DNA of 64,000 nucleotides from an uncultured Gammaproteobacteria bacterium (GCA_964401485.1 CAYNYL010000001.1:67834-131833); one strand, 5' to 3'. Counted from the first letter of the stretch, positions 47,487 to 57,434 are shown. The notes: a model not told the origin generated them from the letters alone. Numbers and translations are program-made.

Positions 47487-47520
47487 ACGCCGGCCGTCAA
47501 CGGGCAAGCGTCTCTTTTAT
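47487..47520. terminator. bidirectional intrinsic terminator after trxA
   Basis: AGACGC..17 nt..GCGTCT has T-runs on both sides. Its 3' half is the 16-mer that is repeated at 46098. Confidence 0.55.
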
Positions 47521-47826
47521 TTAGGCAAATCGCTCGAGGCGGGCGCGCAAATCTTCCTTTGGCATGACCCCTGCGAATTGGTCGACGACCTGTCCACCCT
47601 TGAAGATCATGAAGGTTGGAATTGACCTTACATTGTACTGCATCGCAAGTTGCGGCTGCTCGTCAGCGTTTACTTTTCCGATTTTGACATGCTCCATTTC
47701 GGAAGCGAGCTCGTCAACAAGCGGGCTCATAACGCGACATGGTCCACACCAAGGGGCCCAAAAATCCACCAAAACCGTCCCACCGCTCGAAATCGTTTGA
47801 TCGAAGTTTTCTTGTGTTAGTTCCAT
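47521..47826 (-). CDS. trxA: thioredoxin
   Basis: WCGPC active site. 101 aa. Confidence 0.9.
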   Translation of the reverse strand: MELTQENFDQTISSGGTVLVDFWAPWCGPCRVMSPLVDELASEMEHVKIGKVNADEQPQLAMQYNVRSIPTFMIFKGGQVVDQFAGVMPKEDLRARLERFA

Positions 47827-47846
47827 AGAAGCCTACTTTATCATGA

Positions 47847-49862
47847 CTAGATTTTGAAGGTAAAGATACGAGCTTTTTCTTCTTCCTTGTAGACGTCGAT
47901 AATATCGCCCACTTCAATTTTCGTCTTTCCTCCAAATTCGATTCCACACTCCGCTCCCTGTTCAACGTCGCGAACGTCCGCCTTACCCGACTGCAAGCGC
48001 AAAATCTTTCCTTCCCCGATAACCTGCTCTCCCCTGATAACACGCGCTGTCGCACCGTTCTCGATCTTTCCTTTCGTAACCTGCCCTCCAACAACAAATC
48101 CCTTTTCCGTCTTCATAAACGTCGCGAGAACACGCATCTGTCCAAGTTCCGTGTACACCCGTTCCGCAGGAATAAGCGCCTTGAGTTTTTCAACAACGGC
48201 GTCAAACAAATGATAGATAACCGAGAACTCTTTCACTTCAACTTTATTATCTCGCGCAAGTTGCCCAGCGTGAGCCGTCACCTTTACGTTGAACGCAAGA
48301 ACGAATGCGTTTGTCGCCTCGGCCTGTAAAATTTCCGCTTCTCCGATATTTCCGAGCCCTCGTCCAACGATTTTTACGCCGACGTGTGGATCTTGGATTT
48401 TTTCAAACATTCCGATCAAGGCTTCGAGCGAACCGAGTACGTCCGCCTTTACAATGATATTTAAGAACACTTTCTTCTCGTCATCATCATTTGATTTTGC
48501 CTTTGACGACGCAACCGTAATTTCCGAAGCTCCCGTCTTTCGACTTGCTTGTTCCTTCATTTTCTCGAGCGACTTTGGATCTTCCGGTACTTCAATAATA
48601 TCTCCAACGGAAGGCGCATCCTTAAGTCCGATAATCTGTACCGGCATTGACGGTCCCGCTTCCTTTACGCTCTTGCCGTCCCATGACCGCATCGCGCGCG
48701 CTTTTCCGTAGTGCATTCCGCGAACGCCAAGCACATCTCCAACATGCATCGTTCCAGCCTGGATAAGCATCGTTGCGACAGGACCCTGGTTCTTATCGAT
48801 ATTTGATTCGATAACGGTTCCGATCGCTCGACGATCTGGGTTTGCAACAATGTTCTCTTTTTCAAGATCACGAACAAGAAGGAGCATGTCGAGAAGCTGT
48901 GGGATGTTTTGTCCCGTCTTTGCGGAAACCGGTACGAGAATTGTCTTTCCTCCCCAATCTTCCGGAATCAAATTTTGCTCGGCGAGTTGTCCCTTAATCC
49001 GCTCAACGTCCGCGTCCGGTTTATCAACTTTGTTAATCGCAACGACAAACGGCATTCCCGACGCCTTAATAATGTCGATCGCTTCTTTCGTTTGCGGTTG
49101 AATTCCATCGTCAGCGGCGATAACAAGAATCGCGATGTCCGCAACCTTCGCTCCACGAGAGCGCATAACCGTAAACGCTTCGTGACCTGGGGTATCAATA
49201 AACGTCAATTTCTTTCCCTGGTGCTCTACTTGGTACGCACCAATATGTTGCGTAATTCCTCCCGCCTCGCCTCCCATAACGTTCGTATTGCGAATCGTAT
49301 CGAGAAGCTTCGTCTTTCCGTGGTCGACGTGACCCATGATTACGATTACCGGAGGGCGAGGAGCCATTGATGCCTTATCTTCTCCAGCGATCGCTGCCTC
49401 AAGAACATCGAGTCCGGCATCCGAAGTATCTTCGGTTCCCTCTTCTTTTTTCGTTGCGATATACCCCAAATCTTCCGCAACAATCGACGCGGTCTCGAAA
49501 TCGATTCGCTCGTTTAAGGACGCGAGAATTCCCGCGCGCATAAGTTCCTGCATCACCTTCGCGACCGGCAAATCGAGCTGTGCCGCGAATTCGCGTACCG
49601 TAATAACCGGTGGAATTGCAATCGTTTCCGCCGTTCCTTCCTTTACCGCGTTCTTTCGATCCTGACGTGCCTTTTGGTCAAGCATTTTCTTTTGAAGATA
49701 CTGACGCTTCTTGTATTCGGCCCATGCGCGTTGGATTCGTCCAACCTCACGATCCGAGACTTTTAAGGCTTTTTTTCCAATGTCAAACCCAAGCTCAGGG
49801 AGCTTTTCGCGCAATTCATCGGCAGAAACGCGCAATTGACGGGCTAATTCGGTAATATTCAT
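47847..49862 (-). CDS. infB: translation initiation factor IF-2
   Basis: GHVDHGKT and DTPGH GTPase motifs with IF-2 C-terminal domains. Confidence 0.95.
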   Translation of the reverse strand: MNITELARQLRVSADELREKLPELGFDIGKKALKVSDREVGRIQRAWAEYKKRQYLQKKMLDQKARQDRKNAVKEGTAETIAIPPVITVREFAAQLDLPVAKVMQELMRAGILASLNERIDFETASIVAEDLGYIATKKEEGTEDTSDAGLDVLEAAIAGEDKASMAPRPPVIVIMGHVDHGKTKLLDTIRNTNVMGGEAGGITQHIGAYQVEHQGKKLTFIDTPGHEAFTVMRSRGAKVADIAILVIAADDGIQPQTKEAIDIIKASGMPFVVAINKVDKPDADVERIKGQLAEQNLIPEDWGGKTILVPVSAKTGQNIPQLLDMLLLVRDLEKENIVANPDRRAIGTVIESNIDKNQGPVATMLIQAGTMHVGDVLGVRGMHYGKARAMRSWDGKSVKEAGPSMPVQIIGLKDAPSVGDIIEVPEDPKSLEKMKEQASRKTGASEITVASSKAKSNDDDEKKVFLNIIVKADVLGSLEALIGMFEKIQDPHVGVKIVGRGLGNIGEAEILQAEATNAFVLAFNVKVTAHAGQLARDNKVEVKEFSVIYHLFDAVVEKLKALIPAERVYTELGQMRVLATFMKTEKGFVVGGQVTKGKIENGATARVIRGEQVIGEGKILRLQSGKADVRDVEQGAECGIEFGGKTKIEVGDIIDVYKEEEKARIFTFKI

Positions 49863-49926
49863 GTCGGAACAATAGCGGAAAAACGCAATTCGGTCAATTT
49901 CAGAGGGTCATGGTACGATACGGGAT

Positions 49927-50613
49927 ATGCCCGCGGGTTTTCTTCTTATCGACAAGGACGTGGATTGGACCTCGTTTGACGTCGTCGCAAAACTCCGTGG
50001 AATTACAAAAATCCGCAAAATTGGCCATGCCGGAACGCTTGATCCGTTCGCTACTGGCCTCCTTATCGTCGCGGTTGGTCGCGAGGCGACCCGCGAAATC
50101 GATACGTTCGCAAAACAGGAGAAAAGTTATCTTGCAGAAATCACCCTCGGTGCGACAACCAACACTCTCGACCCGGAAGGCGAACTCCTTCTTGATCCGG
50201 GGGCACGTGAGATCCCAAAAGAAGAGATTGAACGAGCGCTCGAGGAACTTGTCGGAGAATCGATGCAAATCCCCCCAATCTTCTCCGCGATCAAAAAGAA
50301 TGGGAAAAAGCTTTACGAGCTCGCCCGAGCCGGCGTTGACGTAACCCCCGAACCTCGACGCATCATCATCTATTCAGCCGTCCTTGAAACCGACCCCCTT
50401 TATAAAGACGGGCTCACAACCTGCAAAGTTCAATTTACCGTTTCAAGCGGAACCTATATTCGTGCAATCGCCCGCGATCTTGGAGCTTCACTTGGAACAC
50501 TCGGTTATCTCACTGCGTTACGACGACTAAGTATCGGTTCTCGCTCCGTCGAAGATGCCCACAAGCTTTCCGAATTAACCGAGGAAAATTGGCAAACATT
50601 CCTCGAAAATTGA
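49927..50613 (+). CDS. truB: tRNA pseudouridine-55 synthase
   Basis: HAGTLDP catalytic Asp motif. It is divergent from infB. Confidence 0.85.
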   Translation: MPAGFLLIDKDVDWTSFDVVAKLRGITKIRKIGHAGTLDPFATGLLIVAVGREATREIDTFAKQEKSYLAEITLGATTNTLDPEGELLLDPGAREIPKEEIERALEELVGESMQIPPIFSAIKKNGKKLYELARAGVDVTPEPRRIIIYSAVLETDPLYKDGLTTCKVQFTVSSGTYIRAIARDLGASLGTLGYLTALRRLSIGSRSVEDAHKLSELTEENWQTFLEN

Positions 50614-50662
50614 TTGACGCAAAAAATCTACCGTGCTAATTTAGCCCCGTAACTCATAAGCA

Positions 50663-52204
50663 GTGGTTTACGGCGTTATGGTCATTCCAATTATCATCGG
50701 TGTCGTCTCCCTCGCTCTCGGAGGCACACTTGGCTACTTTGGTAGAGCAAAACTGATCCAGGGAAAGATGTCGAACGCGGAAGAACGCGTTGAAAAAATG
50801 CTCGCGGAAGCAAAGACAAAAGAACAAGCGGTGCTTCTAGAGGCAAAGGACAAAGCCTTACAAATTATCGAAACAGCAAAAACGGAAGAAGCAAATCGAC
50901 GAAAAGAAATTTCAGATGCGCAAAAGCGCGTTGAGGAACGTGAAAATCGATTCGATCAAAAGCTCGCGGATCTCGAACGCAAAAATGAAGCGATCGAAGT
51001 AAAACGAAAGGGTCTCGAAGACGAGATGCTTAAACTCCAACTTCTTGAAGAAGAGGCGAAGGGAGCACTTGAAAAAGTTGCAGGACTTTCAAAAGATGAA
51101 GCAAAGAACATGCTTCTGAAAAAAATCGAAGAGGAAGAGCAAGACGCGCTCATGTCCCGCCTCCATAAAATGGAGGAGCAGGGCGAGGAGGAAATTGAAC
51201 GAAGGGCGCAAAAGGTTCTCGCGCTCGCGGTTGAACGCTTCGCGGGAAGTCACGTCGTTGACGCAACAACCACCGCGGTTGAGCTCGCAAGCGAGGACAT
51301 GAAGGGACGCATCATCGGAAAAGAGGGACGCAATATTAAAGCGATGGAGCGTCTCACCGGTTGCGAATTCATTATCGACGACACCCCAGGCGTTGTTATC
51401 ATCTCTGGATTCTCCCCTGTTCGTCGGCAAGTTGCCAAACGCGCGCTCGAGATGCTAATGAAGGACGGACGAATTCAGCCGGCGCGTATCGAAGAAGCGA
51501 TTAACGAAGCGAAGGTCGATCTTGCGAAAGAGATGAAGAAGGCAGGAGAGGACGCGCTTTACGAACTCGGAATCCCGGTTTCGTCGATCGATCCGAAACT
51601 GATCGCGATTCTTGGTCGCCTCAAGTATCGAACAAGTTACGGACAAAACGTTCTCCAACACTCGATTGAGGTTGCGCGAATCTCGGGTATGATCGCCGAG
51701 GAGCTCGGAATGGATACATTCAACGTGAAAAAAGGTGGACTCTTCCACGACATCGGAAAAGCGGTCGACCACGATATGCAGGGGGCCCACCCACAAATCG
51801 GGTACAACATCATGAAAAAGTTCGGGTGGCCAGAAGACCTTTGCTACCAATCGATTGCGCACCATGAAGATAAACCGCGCACAATCGAAGGGGTAATCGT
51901 AAAGGCCGCCGACGCAATTTCCGGAGCTCGTCCGGGAGCGCGCCGAAATAGCGTCGAGGATTACCTCCAACGGCTCCAAGCACTCGAAGATACCGCGATG
52001 GAATTCTCGGGTGTCGAAAAGGCTTACGCGATTCAGGCAGGACGAGAAGTGCGCGTGTTCGTTAAACCACAAGAGGTTGACGACTACGCCGCGTACCAAC
52101 TCGCAAACTCGATTGCAAAGAAAATTGAAAATGACTTAACCTATCCGGGCGAAGTACGCGTAACGGTTATCCGTGAAACACGCGTCGTCGAACATGCCCG
52201 CTAA
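50663..52204 (+). CDS. rny: ribonuclease Y
   Basis: N-terminal transmembrane helix, a coiled coil, a KH domain, and HD-domain H...HD motifs (LFHDIGK). Confidence 0.9.
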   Translation: MVYGVMVIPIIIGVVSLALGGTLGYFGRAKLIQGKMSNAEERVEKMLAEAKTKEQAVLLEAKDKALQIIETAKTEEANRRKEISDAQKRVEERENRFDQKLADLERKNEAIEVKRKGLEDEMLKLQLLEEEAKGALEKVAGLSKDEAKNMLLKKIEEEEQDALMSRLHKMEEQGEEEIERRAQKVLALAVERFAGSHVVDATTTAVELASEDMKGRIIGKEGRNIKAMERLTGCEFIIDDTPGVVIISGFSPVRRQVAKRALEMLMKDGRIQPARIEEAINEAKVDLAKEMKKAGEDALYELGIPVSSIDPKLIAILGRLKYRTSYGQNVLQHSIEVARISGMIAEELGMDTFNVKKGGLFHDIGKAVDHDMQGAHPQIGYNIMKKFGWPEDLCYQSIAHHEDKPRTIEGVIVKAADAISGARPGARRNSVEDYLQRLQALEDTAMEFSGVEKAYAIQAGREVRVFVKPQEVDDYAAYQLANSIAKKIENDLTYPGEVRVTVIRETRVVEHAR

Positions 52205-52209
52205 CCTCT

Positions 52210-52494
52210 ATGAACCGATCAGCCATCGCCCTCAAACTCTCCGAAAGACTTGGAATGAACAAACAAGTTGCGGAAGAAGCGATTAAAACAATCGAAACAA
52301 TTATTACCGACGAACTCGTCGCTGGTGGCGAAGCGACCCTCGCGGGGTTTGGAACATTTTCCTCCCGCGTCCGCGCCGCTCGAAAGGGTGTAAACCCGCG
52401 CAATCCGAAAGAGTCGATCGATGTTCCAGAGGTCCGCGTCCCAAAGTTCAAGTCAGGGAAGAATTTGAAGGACGCTCTAAAGAAGAAGGCCTAA
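52210..52494 (+). CDS. hup: DNA-binding protein HU
   Basis: 94 aa. GFGTF and the beta-arm R.GRNP region (ARKGVNPRNP). Confidence 0.85.
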   Translation: MNRSAIALKLSERLGMNKQVAEEAIKTIETIITDELVAGGEATLAGFGTFSSRVRAARKGVNPRNPKESIDVPEVRVPKFKSGKNLKDALKKKA

Positions 52495-52802
52495 GTCCTT
52501 ATACGACCATAGTGGCCCGCAAATAGAAACACGGCGCGTTTCGTATAGACCTTGTACGGATAGCGCCGATTTCTTTTTTCATTTCCGCGATGACCTTCGA
52601 CAACATAAATTCGATGCATTTCTGCAGACTCGAGCTTAAAATGCGTCACGTGCTCGACAAAAAATGTGCGTCTCGCGTATTGATTAAGCACACGTGTTTT
52701 TACACCAAAACACTTCGCTAAATCTTCATCGAGCACAACGAGCTGACCCCGAATTCGATACCAGTGTAGATGTTCTCCGTAAAATAAAAAGCCTCCCTGC
52801 AT
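52491..52802 (-). CDS. ORF6N-domain (KilA-N-like) DNA-binding protein, paralog 2
   Basis: GQLVVLDEDLAKCFGVKTRVLNQYARR aligns with paralog 1 and with ORF6N. Confidence 0.55.
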   Translation of the reverse strand: MQGGFLFYGEHLHWYRIRGQLVVLDEDLAKCFGVKTRVLNQYARRTFFVEHVTHFKLESAEMHRIYVVEGHRGNEKRNRRYPYKVYTKRAVFLFAGHYGRIRT

Positions 52803-52895
52803 AGTTTATGTATGGGGAGCTTGAACATAGATTCTCACGAGCTCGGCCATGCGTGAAGATGGGGTTGTGTACTCTTTTTTGTGAGGCAGGGTATC

Positions 52896-52959
52896 CGATC
52901 ACAGATTGGTTTAATAATGTACTGATCTACCTTGCTGATTTATGGGTCATCTGTGATCG
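52896..52959. promoter_or_regulatory. perfect 11-bp inverted repeat, CGATCACAGAT ... ATCTGTGATCG, separated by 42 bp; lies about 95-155 bp upstream of ORF6N paralog 2
   Basis: It shares the GATCACA / TGTGATC core with the palindrome upstream of paralog 1. Confidence 0.45.
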
Positions 52960-53036
52960 CATGCCACCGAACATGCAACGAGGTACGCGCCTAAAAATAA
53001 AACGACGTGCCCCGCGAAGGACACGTCGCCTAACCG

Positions 53037-54476
53037 CTAATACGACTTTGCAAAGATCACGCGTCTCTTTGACGGCGCGCCTGTTTTAATACAGACACCT
53101 GCCGTTTCTGGTTCACTGAACGGGATGCATCGGATCGTCGCGCCCGTCTCTTCCTTGATCACCTTTTCCGTTTCAGGAGATCCGTCCCAGTGAGCAAGCA
53201 CAAACTTCCCTTCTTCGATCGCCCTCGTAAACGCGGTCCAATTCTTTGCCGAAACGGTTCGGGTTTTTCGAAGCGTAAGGGCGCGCTTGAACAGATTTTT
53301 TTGGATCGCCTTGAGAAGTTTTCGGGTGGCGGAAACGGCGTCTTTTAATGGGACGGTCATTTTCTCGCTTGTATCCCGACGCGCAATAATGCACTGCCCC
53401 GCTTCAAGATCACGAGGTCCAACTTCGATTCGAACCGGTACTCCCCGCTTTTCCCAGTAGAACATTTTCTCCCCCGGACGCATGTCGCGCGCTTCAACCT
53501 CAACGCGCACTCCTTTCTTTTCAAGCCCTGCGCGAAGGGCCGCTACGGCAGACATGACACTCTCTTTCTGTTCCTCCTTAAACCAAAGCGGGAGTAGCAC
53601 AACCTCGATCGGCGCAATATTTGGAGGAAGGACGAGACCCGCGTCGTCACTATGGGTCATGATAAGACCTCCGATCATGCGTGTTGAAACTCCCCAACTT
53701 GTTTGCCAAGCAAACTGTTCCTTATTTTGTTCATCGGTAAATTTGACCCCAAACGCTTTCGCAAAATTCTGTCCGAGCATGTGCGACGTTCCAAACTGCA
53801 AAGCCTTTCCATCTTGCATCATCGCCTCAACGCAGTACGTTTTCTCCGCCCCGGCAAATCGCTCACTGTCGCTTTTCACACCAGGGATAACCGGTACGGC
53901 AAGGACATCTTCTGCAAACGCGCGGTACACCTCAAGCATCTCCCGTGCACGAAGATCGGCCTCGGCTTCGGTCGAATGGACCGTGTGACCCTCCTGCCAA
54001 AGAAATTCCGTCGTTCGCAAAAAGAGGCGCGTGCGTTTTTCCCAACGCACAACGTTCGCCCATTGGTTAATCAAAAGCGGAAGATCGCGATACGACTGCA
54101 CCCAACGACTAAACGTATCGTACATGATTGTCTCCGAAGTTGGTCGAACAACAAGCGGCTCATCAAGTGGAACACCTCCCGCCTCGGTAATCGCCGCAAC
54201 TTCCGGCGCAAATCCCTCAACGTGATTCTCTTCCTTCGTCAAAAAAGACTTCGGAATAAAAAGTGGGAAATAGGCATTCTTCACGCCCGTCTTTTTAATC
54301 TCCGCGTTAAGCACCTCCTGCATCCGCTCCCAAATCGCATATCCGTACGGCTTAATAATCATGCACCCTTTGACCGGTGAATGCTCCGCCATATCTGCCC
54401 CAGCAATCACGTCTAGGTACCACTCGTTATAATCCTCGGCGCGGGTTTTGATTTTTTTCTCGTCCATAATGGTCAA
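53037..54476 (-). CDS. proS: prolyl-tRNA synthetase, archaeal/eukaryal type (C-terminal Zn domain ending in Tyr)
   Basis: 479 aa with class II motifs and a C-terminal ...KSY. There is no bacterial INS editing insertion. Confidence 0.85.
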   Translation of the reverse strand: MTIMDEKKIKTRAEDYNEWYLDVIAGADMAEHSPVKGCMIIKPYGYAIWERMQEVLNAEIKKTGVKNAYFPLFIPKSFLTKEENHVEGFAPEVAAITEAGGVPLDEPLVVRPTSETIMYDTFSRWVQSYRDLPLLINQWANVVRWEKRTRLFLRTTEFLWQEGHTVHSTEAEADLRAREMLEVYRAFAEDVLAVPVIPGVKSDSERFAGAEKTYCVEAMMQDGKALQFGTSHMLGQNFAKAFGVKFTDEQNKEQFAWQTSWGVSTRMIGGLIMTHSDDAGLVLPPNIAPIEVVLLPLWFKEEQKESVMSAVAALRAGLEKKGVRVEVEARDMRPGEKMFYWEKRGVPVRIEVGPRDLEAGQCIIARRDTSEKMTVPLKDAVSATRKLLKAIQKNLFKRALTLRKTRTVSAKNWTAFTRAIEEGKFVLAHWDGSPETEKVIKEETGATIRCIPFSEPETAGVCIKTGAPSKRRVIFAKSY

Positions 54477-54479
54477 ATA

Positions 54480-55625
54480 TTAGCGTTTGTAGCCAAAAGT
54501 CGCAAACCAGGTCGCAATCGGAACCGTTAAAAGAAGCCCCATCGTTCCCGCAAGCGTTCGCACAATCTCCTCAACAATCGGTTCCTCATTGATAAATCGC
54601 GAGAAGGTAATTGCGTCCGTCATAAGAAAAAGGAGGAGGAGCGGGGTCGCAACTCCAGCATAGGCAAGCACAAGTGTGTTAATCGTCGATGCGATATGGT
54701 GTTGTCCAAGACGCATCCCGCGATTAAAGAGCTCCTTCCGTGTCAATTTCGGATTCGCCTCCGCGAGCTCCTCGATCGCCTCCGTTTGGGCAACAGCAAT
54801 ATCGTCAAGAACTCCAACCGCTCCAATTAAAATTCCGGCGAGGAGAACGCCCTTTGGAATAATGACCTCCGAGGAGAAGTAGAGCATAACCGCCTCTTCG
54901 TTTGCGAGCCCGGTTAAATCTGTTATTCCCGTAAAGAGCTTCGCAAAAAGAAGAACGAGGAACGTGCCGATGACTGTTGAAGCGAAAGCACGAAGGGTTC
55001 GAAGGTTAAAGCCATGCGAAAGATGCATGTTTACAAGTAGGATCGCAACCGCGCTCAAGACAGCAATCACAACAGGATCATTTCCTCGAAGAATCATCGG
55101 GTACATGAACCCAAAAAGTACGATTCCGGTAACAACGAGTCCGCCTACCGCCTTAAGCCCTCGTACACCACCCGTTGCGAGAATCGTAATGAAAAATAGC
55201 GCAAGAATAAACAGGAGCGCCTTCGTTCGTACAACGTCAATTAGGTATACCGCATCAAGCGTTCCACTTGAGGTTACGGTTTGGATAAGCACACGGTCTC
55301 CGACACGAAGGTTGTAGCGCACACCTTCGATCAACGCGAGTGAGGTATCAATTGTGTAAAAGGCCCCGTTTTCTTCAACGACAAATTCGAGCTGACGCTC
55401 GCCATTCACCTCAAATTCGCGCACGATCTCAACGACGCGCGCGCGAAATTCTCGGGTCTCGGCCGGCGTGTACGCTTCAATCCCCTCCCCAATTGTCCCA
55501 AGTCGGTCTTCAATCTCCGCAATCCGCTCGTCAAACTGCGCAAAATCCGATGAGACTTCCCCAACCTGCGCGAACGCAAAAAGAGGCGCGAACAAAAGCA
55601 CTGCCCCGGCAAGCACGGCTCGCAT
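54480..55625 (-). CDS. YibE/F-family membrane protein
   Basis: Signal-like N-terminus, then an extracytoplasmic domain, then a polytopic YibE/F-like region. Confidence 0.55.
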   Translation of the reverse strand: MRAVLAGAVLLFAPLFAFAQVGEVSSDFAQFDERIAEIEDRLGTIGEGIEAYTPAETREFRARVVEIVREFEVNGERQLEFVVEENGAFYTIDTSLALIEGVRYNLRVGDRVLIQTVTSSGTLDAVYLIDVVRTKALLFILALFFITILATGGVRGLKAVGGLVVTGIVLFGFMYPMILRGNDPVVIAVLSAVAILLVNMHLSHGFNLRTLRAFASTVIGTFLVLLFAKLFTGITDLTGLANEEAVMLYFSSEVIIPKGVLLAGILIGAVGVLDDIAVAQTEAIEELAEANPKLTRKELFNRGMRLGQHHIASTINTLVLAYAGVATPLLLLFLMTDAITFSRFINEEPIVEEIVRTLAGTMGLLLTVPIATWFATFGYKR

Positions 55626-55626
55626 A

Positions 55627-55848
55627 CTAGTTTACCGCCTTCATTCCGTAATGAATCAAAATCAAGAGAAGGCCAAACGCCATGATCCCAAGCGCCAAGT
55701 TAAGCAGGCTTCTTGTGTCATTATCATCACGCATGAACGAGAAGAAAATCACGTGCGCAAACCCCTCAATGATAAGAAGTGGAATTGCAACAAGAATAAT
55801 TCCCAGGATAAAAATATACGTCATATTACCCCCAGTATAGTGAGACAT
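55627..55848 (-). CDS. small two-helix membrane protein
   Basis: 73 aa. Translationally coupled, with a 1-nt gap, to the YibE/F gene. Confidence 0.4.
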   Translation of the reverse strand: MSHYTGGNMTYIFILGIILVAIPLLIIEGFAHVIFFSFMRDDNDTRSLLNLALGIMAFGLLLILIHYGMKAVN

Positions 55849-55888
55849 TGACGTTTCGACAAGATTTAGGTACTATTTACGGCGAAAT

Positions 55889-55965
55889 GCGGCGTTAGCT
55901 CAGGGGATTAGAGCATCTGTCTTCGGAACAGAGGGTCGGGGGTTCAAATCCCTCACGCCGCACCA
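55889..55965 (+). tRNA. tRNA-Arg, anticodon UCG, with encoded CCA
   Basis: Acceptor GCGGCGU/ACGCCGC, anticodon loop CUUCGGA, T-loop GGUUCAAAUCC. The upstream promoter reads TTGACG, 17 nt, TACTAT. Confidence 0.85.
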
Positions 55966-55971
55966 GGGAAT

Positions 55972-56046
55972 GCGCCTATAGCTCAGCGGTAGAGCAGGTG
56001 ACTCTTAATCACTTGGTCGGGGGTTCAAATCCCTCTGGGCGCACCA
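55972..56046 (+). tRNA. tRNA-Lys, anticodon CUU, with encoded CCA
   Basis: Acceptor GCGCCUA/UGGGCGC, anticodon loop CUCUUAA. Confidence 0.85.
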
Positions 56047-56082
56047 AAAAAATCACGACTCAAGGTCGCGATTTTTTATTTA
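56047..56082. terminator. bidirectional intrinsic terminator
   Basis: An AAATCACGAC..GTCGCGATTT stem flanked by A-runs on one side and T-runs on the other. Confidence 0.6.
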
Positions 56083-56730
56083 TTCGAGAAGTTTACCCAC
56101 AAGCGCCTCGGTCGACTCGGTCTCCTCAAGAATGACGTCCGCAATTGTGAGATCGAGATTTGCATTATGCCGTCGGCGAATCGCAAATGTCTTTACGCGT
56201 GACGCAACGCCGGCCAAAATACCAGGAAGCGAATCCTCAAGGATAAAACACTCTTCGGGAGACACGTGCATTTTCTCCATCGCAAGGAGGTACGGTTCGG
56301 GATCCGGCTTCAACCTTAAAACGTCGTCCCCACTCAAACAGATCTCAAAATACGACCGAATTCCCGCCGTCTCAAGAAGTGCATCCATTCCCGATTTCGC
56401 CGCAGAAGTCACGAGCGCCAACCGCACCCCGCGTGTCTTAAGCGCCTCAAGGAGCGCGAGCGCCCCCGGCGCAAGCAAGACCTCCTTTGAGCGCGCAACA
56501 ACCGCGCGCTCATAGTACGCGATGTACTCCGCAACCGAAACCGTGATTCCCGTTCGGGCGATTATGTCCTGCACAACCAACACCTTGCCCTTTCCTATTT
56601 CGCGCACAAATCCCTCCGGCAACCCCTTCCCACCAAAATGTACAATCGTTTCATCGTGCGCCCGGTCACGCATCGTCTCCGAATCAACAAGCGTTCCATC
56701 CAAATCAAAAAGTCCAACCGTTTTTGTCAT
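56080..56730 (-). CDS. HAD-superfamily hydrolase (beta-phosphoglucomutase-like subfamily)
   Basis: DLDGTLVDS motif I, a T/S motif II, and K...(E)D motifs III/IV. Confidence 0.7.
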   Translation of the reverse strand: MTKTVGLFDLDGTLVDSETMRDRAHDETIVHFGGKGLPEGFVREIGKGKVLVVQDIIARTGITVSVAEYIAYYERAVVARSKEVLLAPGALALLEALKTRGVRLALVTSAAKSGMDALLETAGIRSYFEICLSGDDVLRLKPDPEPYLLAMEKMHVSPEECFILEDSLPGILAGVASRVKTFAIRRRHNANLDLTIADVILEETESTEALVGKLLE

Positions 56731-56747
56731 CGACATAGCTTCTTCGA

Positions 56748-57434
56748 CTACCAACCCGTCTTTTTAAGAGCCTGTCGCGCAGCGTCAACTTGCGCTTCTT
56801 GCTTACTCGTTCCCGTTCCTTCCGCAATCATCTCTTTTCCAAGATAGACTCCAATCCTAAATTGCTTTTGGTGGTCAGGCCCGGTCTCCTCGAGAACTTT
56901 ATAATTTGGCGTAACCGAGCTTCGACTTTGTGCCGCCTCTTGGAATTTACTCTTTGGGTCGATATGAAGTTGCTCTTCCATGATCGCAGGGAGCGTCGCG
57001 ACAACATGGCGCTCAACAAACACCTTCGCTACGTCCCAACCTGAATCAAGATAGACCGCGCCAATTGTCGCCTCCATCGCATTCGCCAAAATCTTATTAC
57101 GCGCCTTCGAATTCGTATCCTTACTCTCTCCGTGCGAAAGAAGAAGTTGAGACTCGAGATTGATTCCGCGAGCGATATCGGCAAGATTTTGTCCATTTAC
57201 AAGCGCCGCGCGAAGGTTCGTAAGTTCCCCTTCCGGGTTATCAAAGGTCTTATATAAATACTCTGTCACAACGAGCTCAAGAACAGCGTCCCCCAAAAAC
57301 TCCAAACGTTCATTGTGATCAAGTGCAAAATCAGGATTTTCGTTCAGGTAGGAACGGTGGACAACGGCCTGCGTTAGATTTCCTCCCTCAACGAATGGAA
57401 TCCCGATTGATTCCGCAAATTCTTTCAAGTTCAT
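56748..57434 (-). CDS. rnc: ribonuclease III
   Basis: [11 protein letters not shown] signature and a C-terminal dsRBD. Confidence 0.9.
   Translation of the reverse strand: MNLKEFAESIGIPFVEGGNLTQAVVHRSYLNENPDFALDHNERLEFLGDAVLELVVTEYLYKTFDNPEGELTNLRAALVNGQNLADIARGINLESQLLLSHGESKDTNSKARNKILANAMEATIGAVYLDSGWDVAKVFVERHVVATLPAIMEEQLHIDPKSKFQEAAQSRSSVTPNYKVLEETGPDHQKQFRIGVYLGKEMIAEGTGTSKQEAQVDAARQALKKTGW

Noticed and set aside
52808-53089. Plus-strand 93-aa ORF between ORF6N-2 and proS
   Set aside because: It spans the inverted repeat and promoter region, has no RBS, and its composition is odd. It is probably non-coding.
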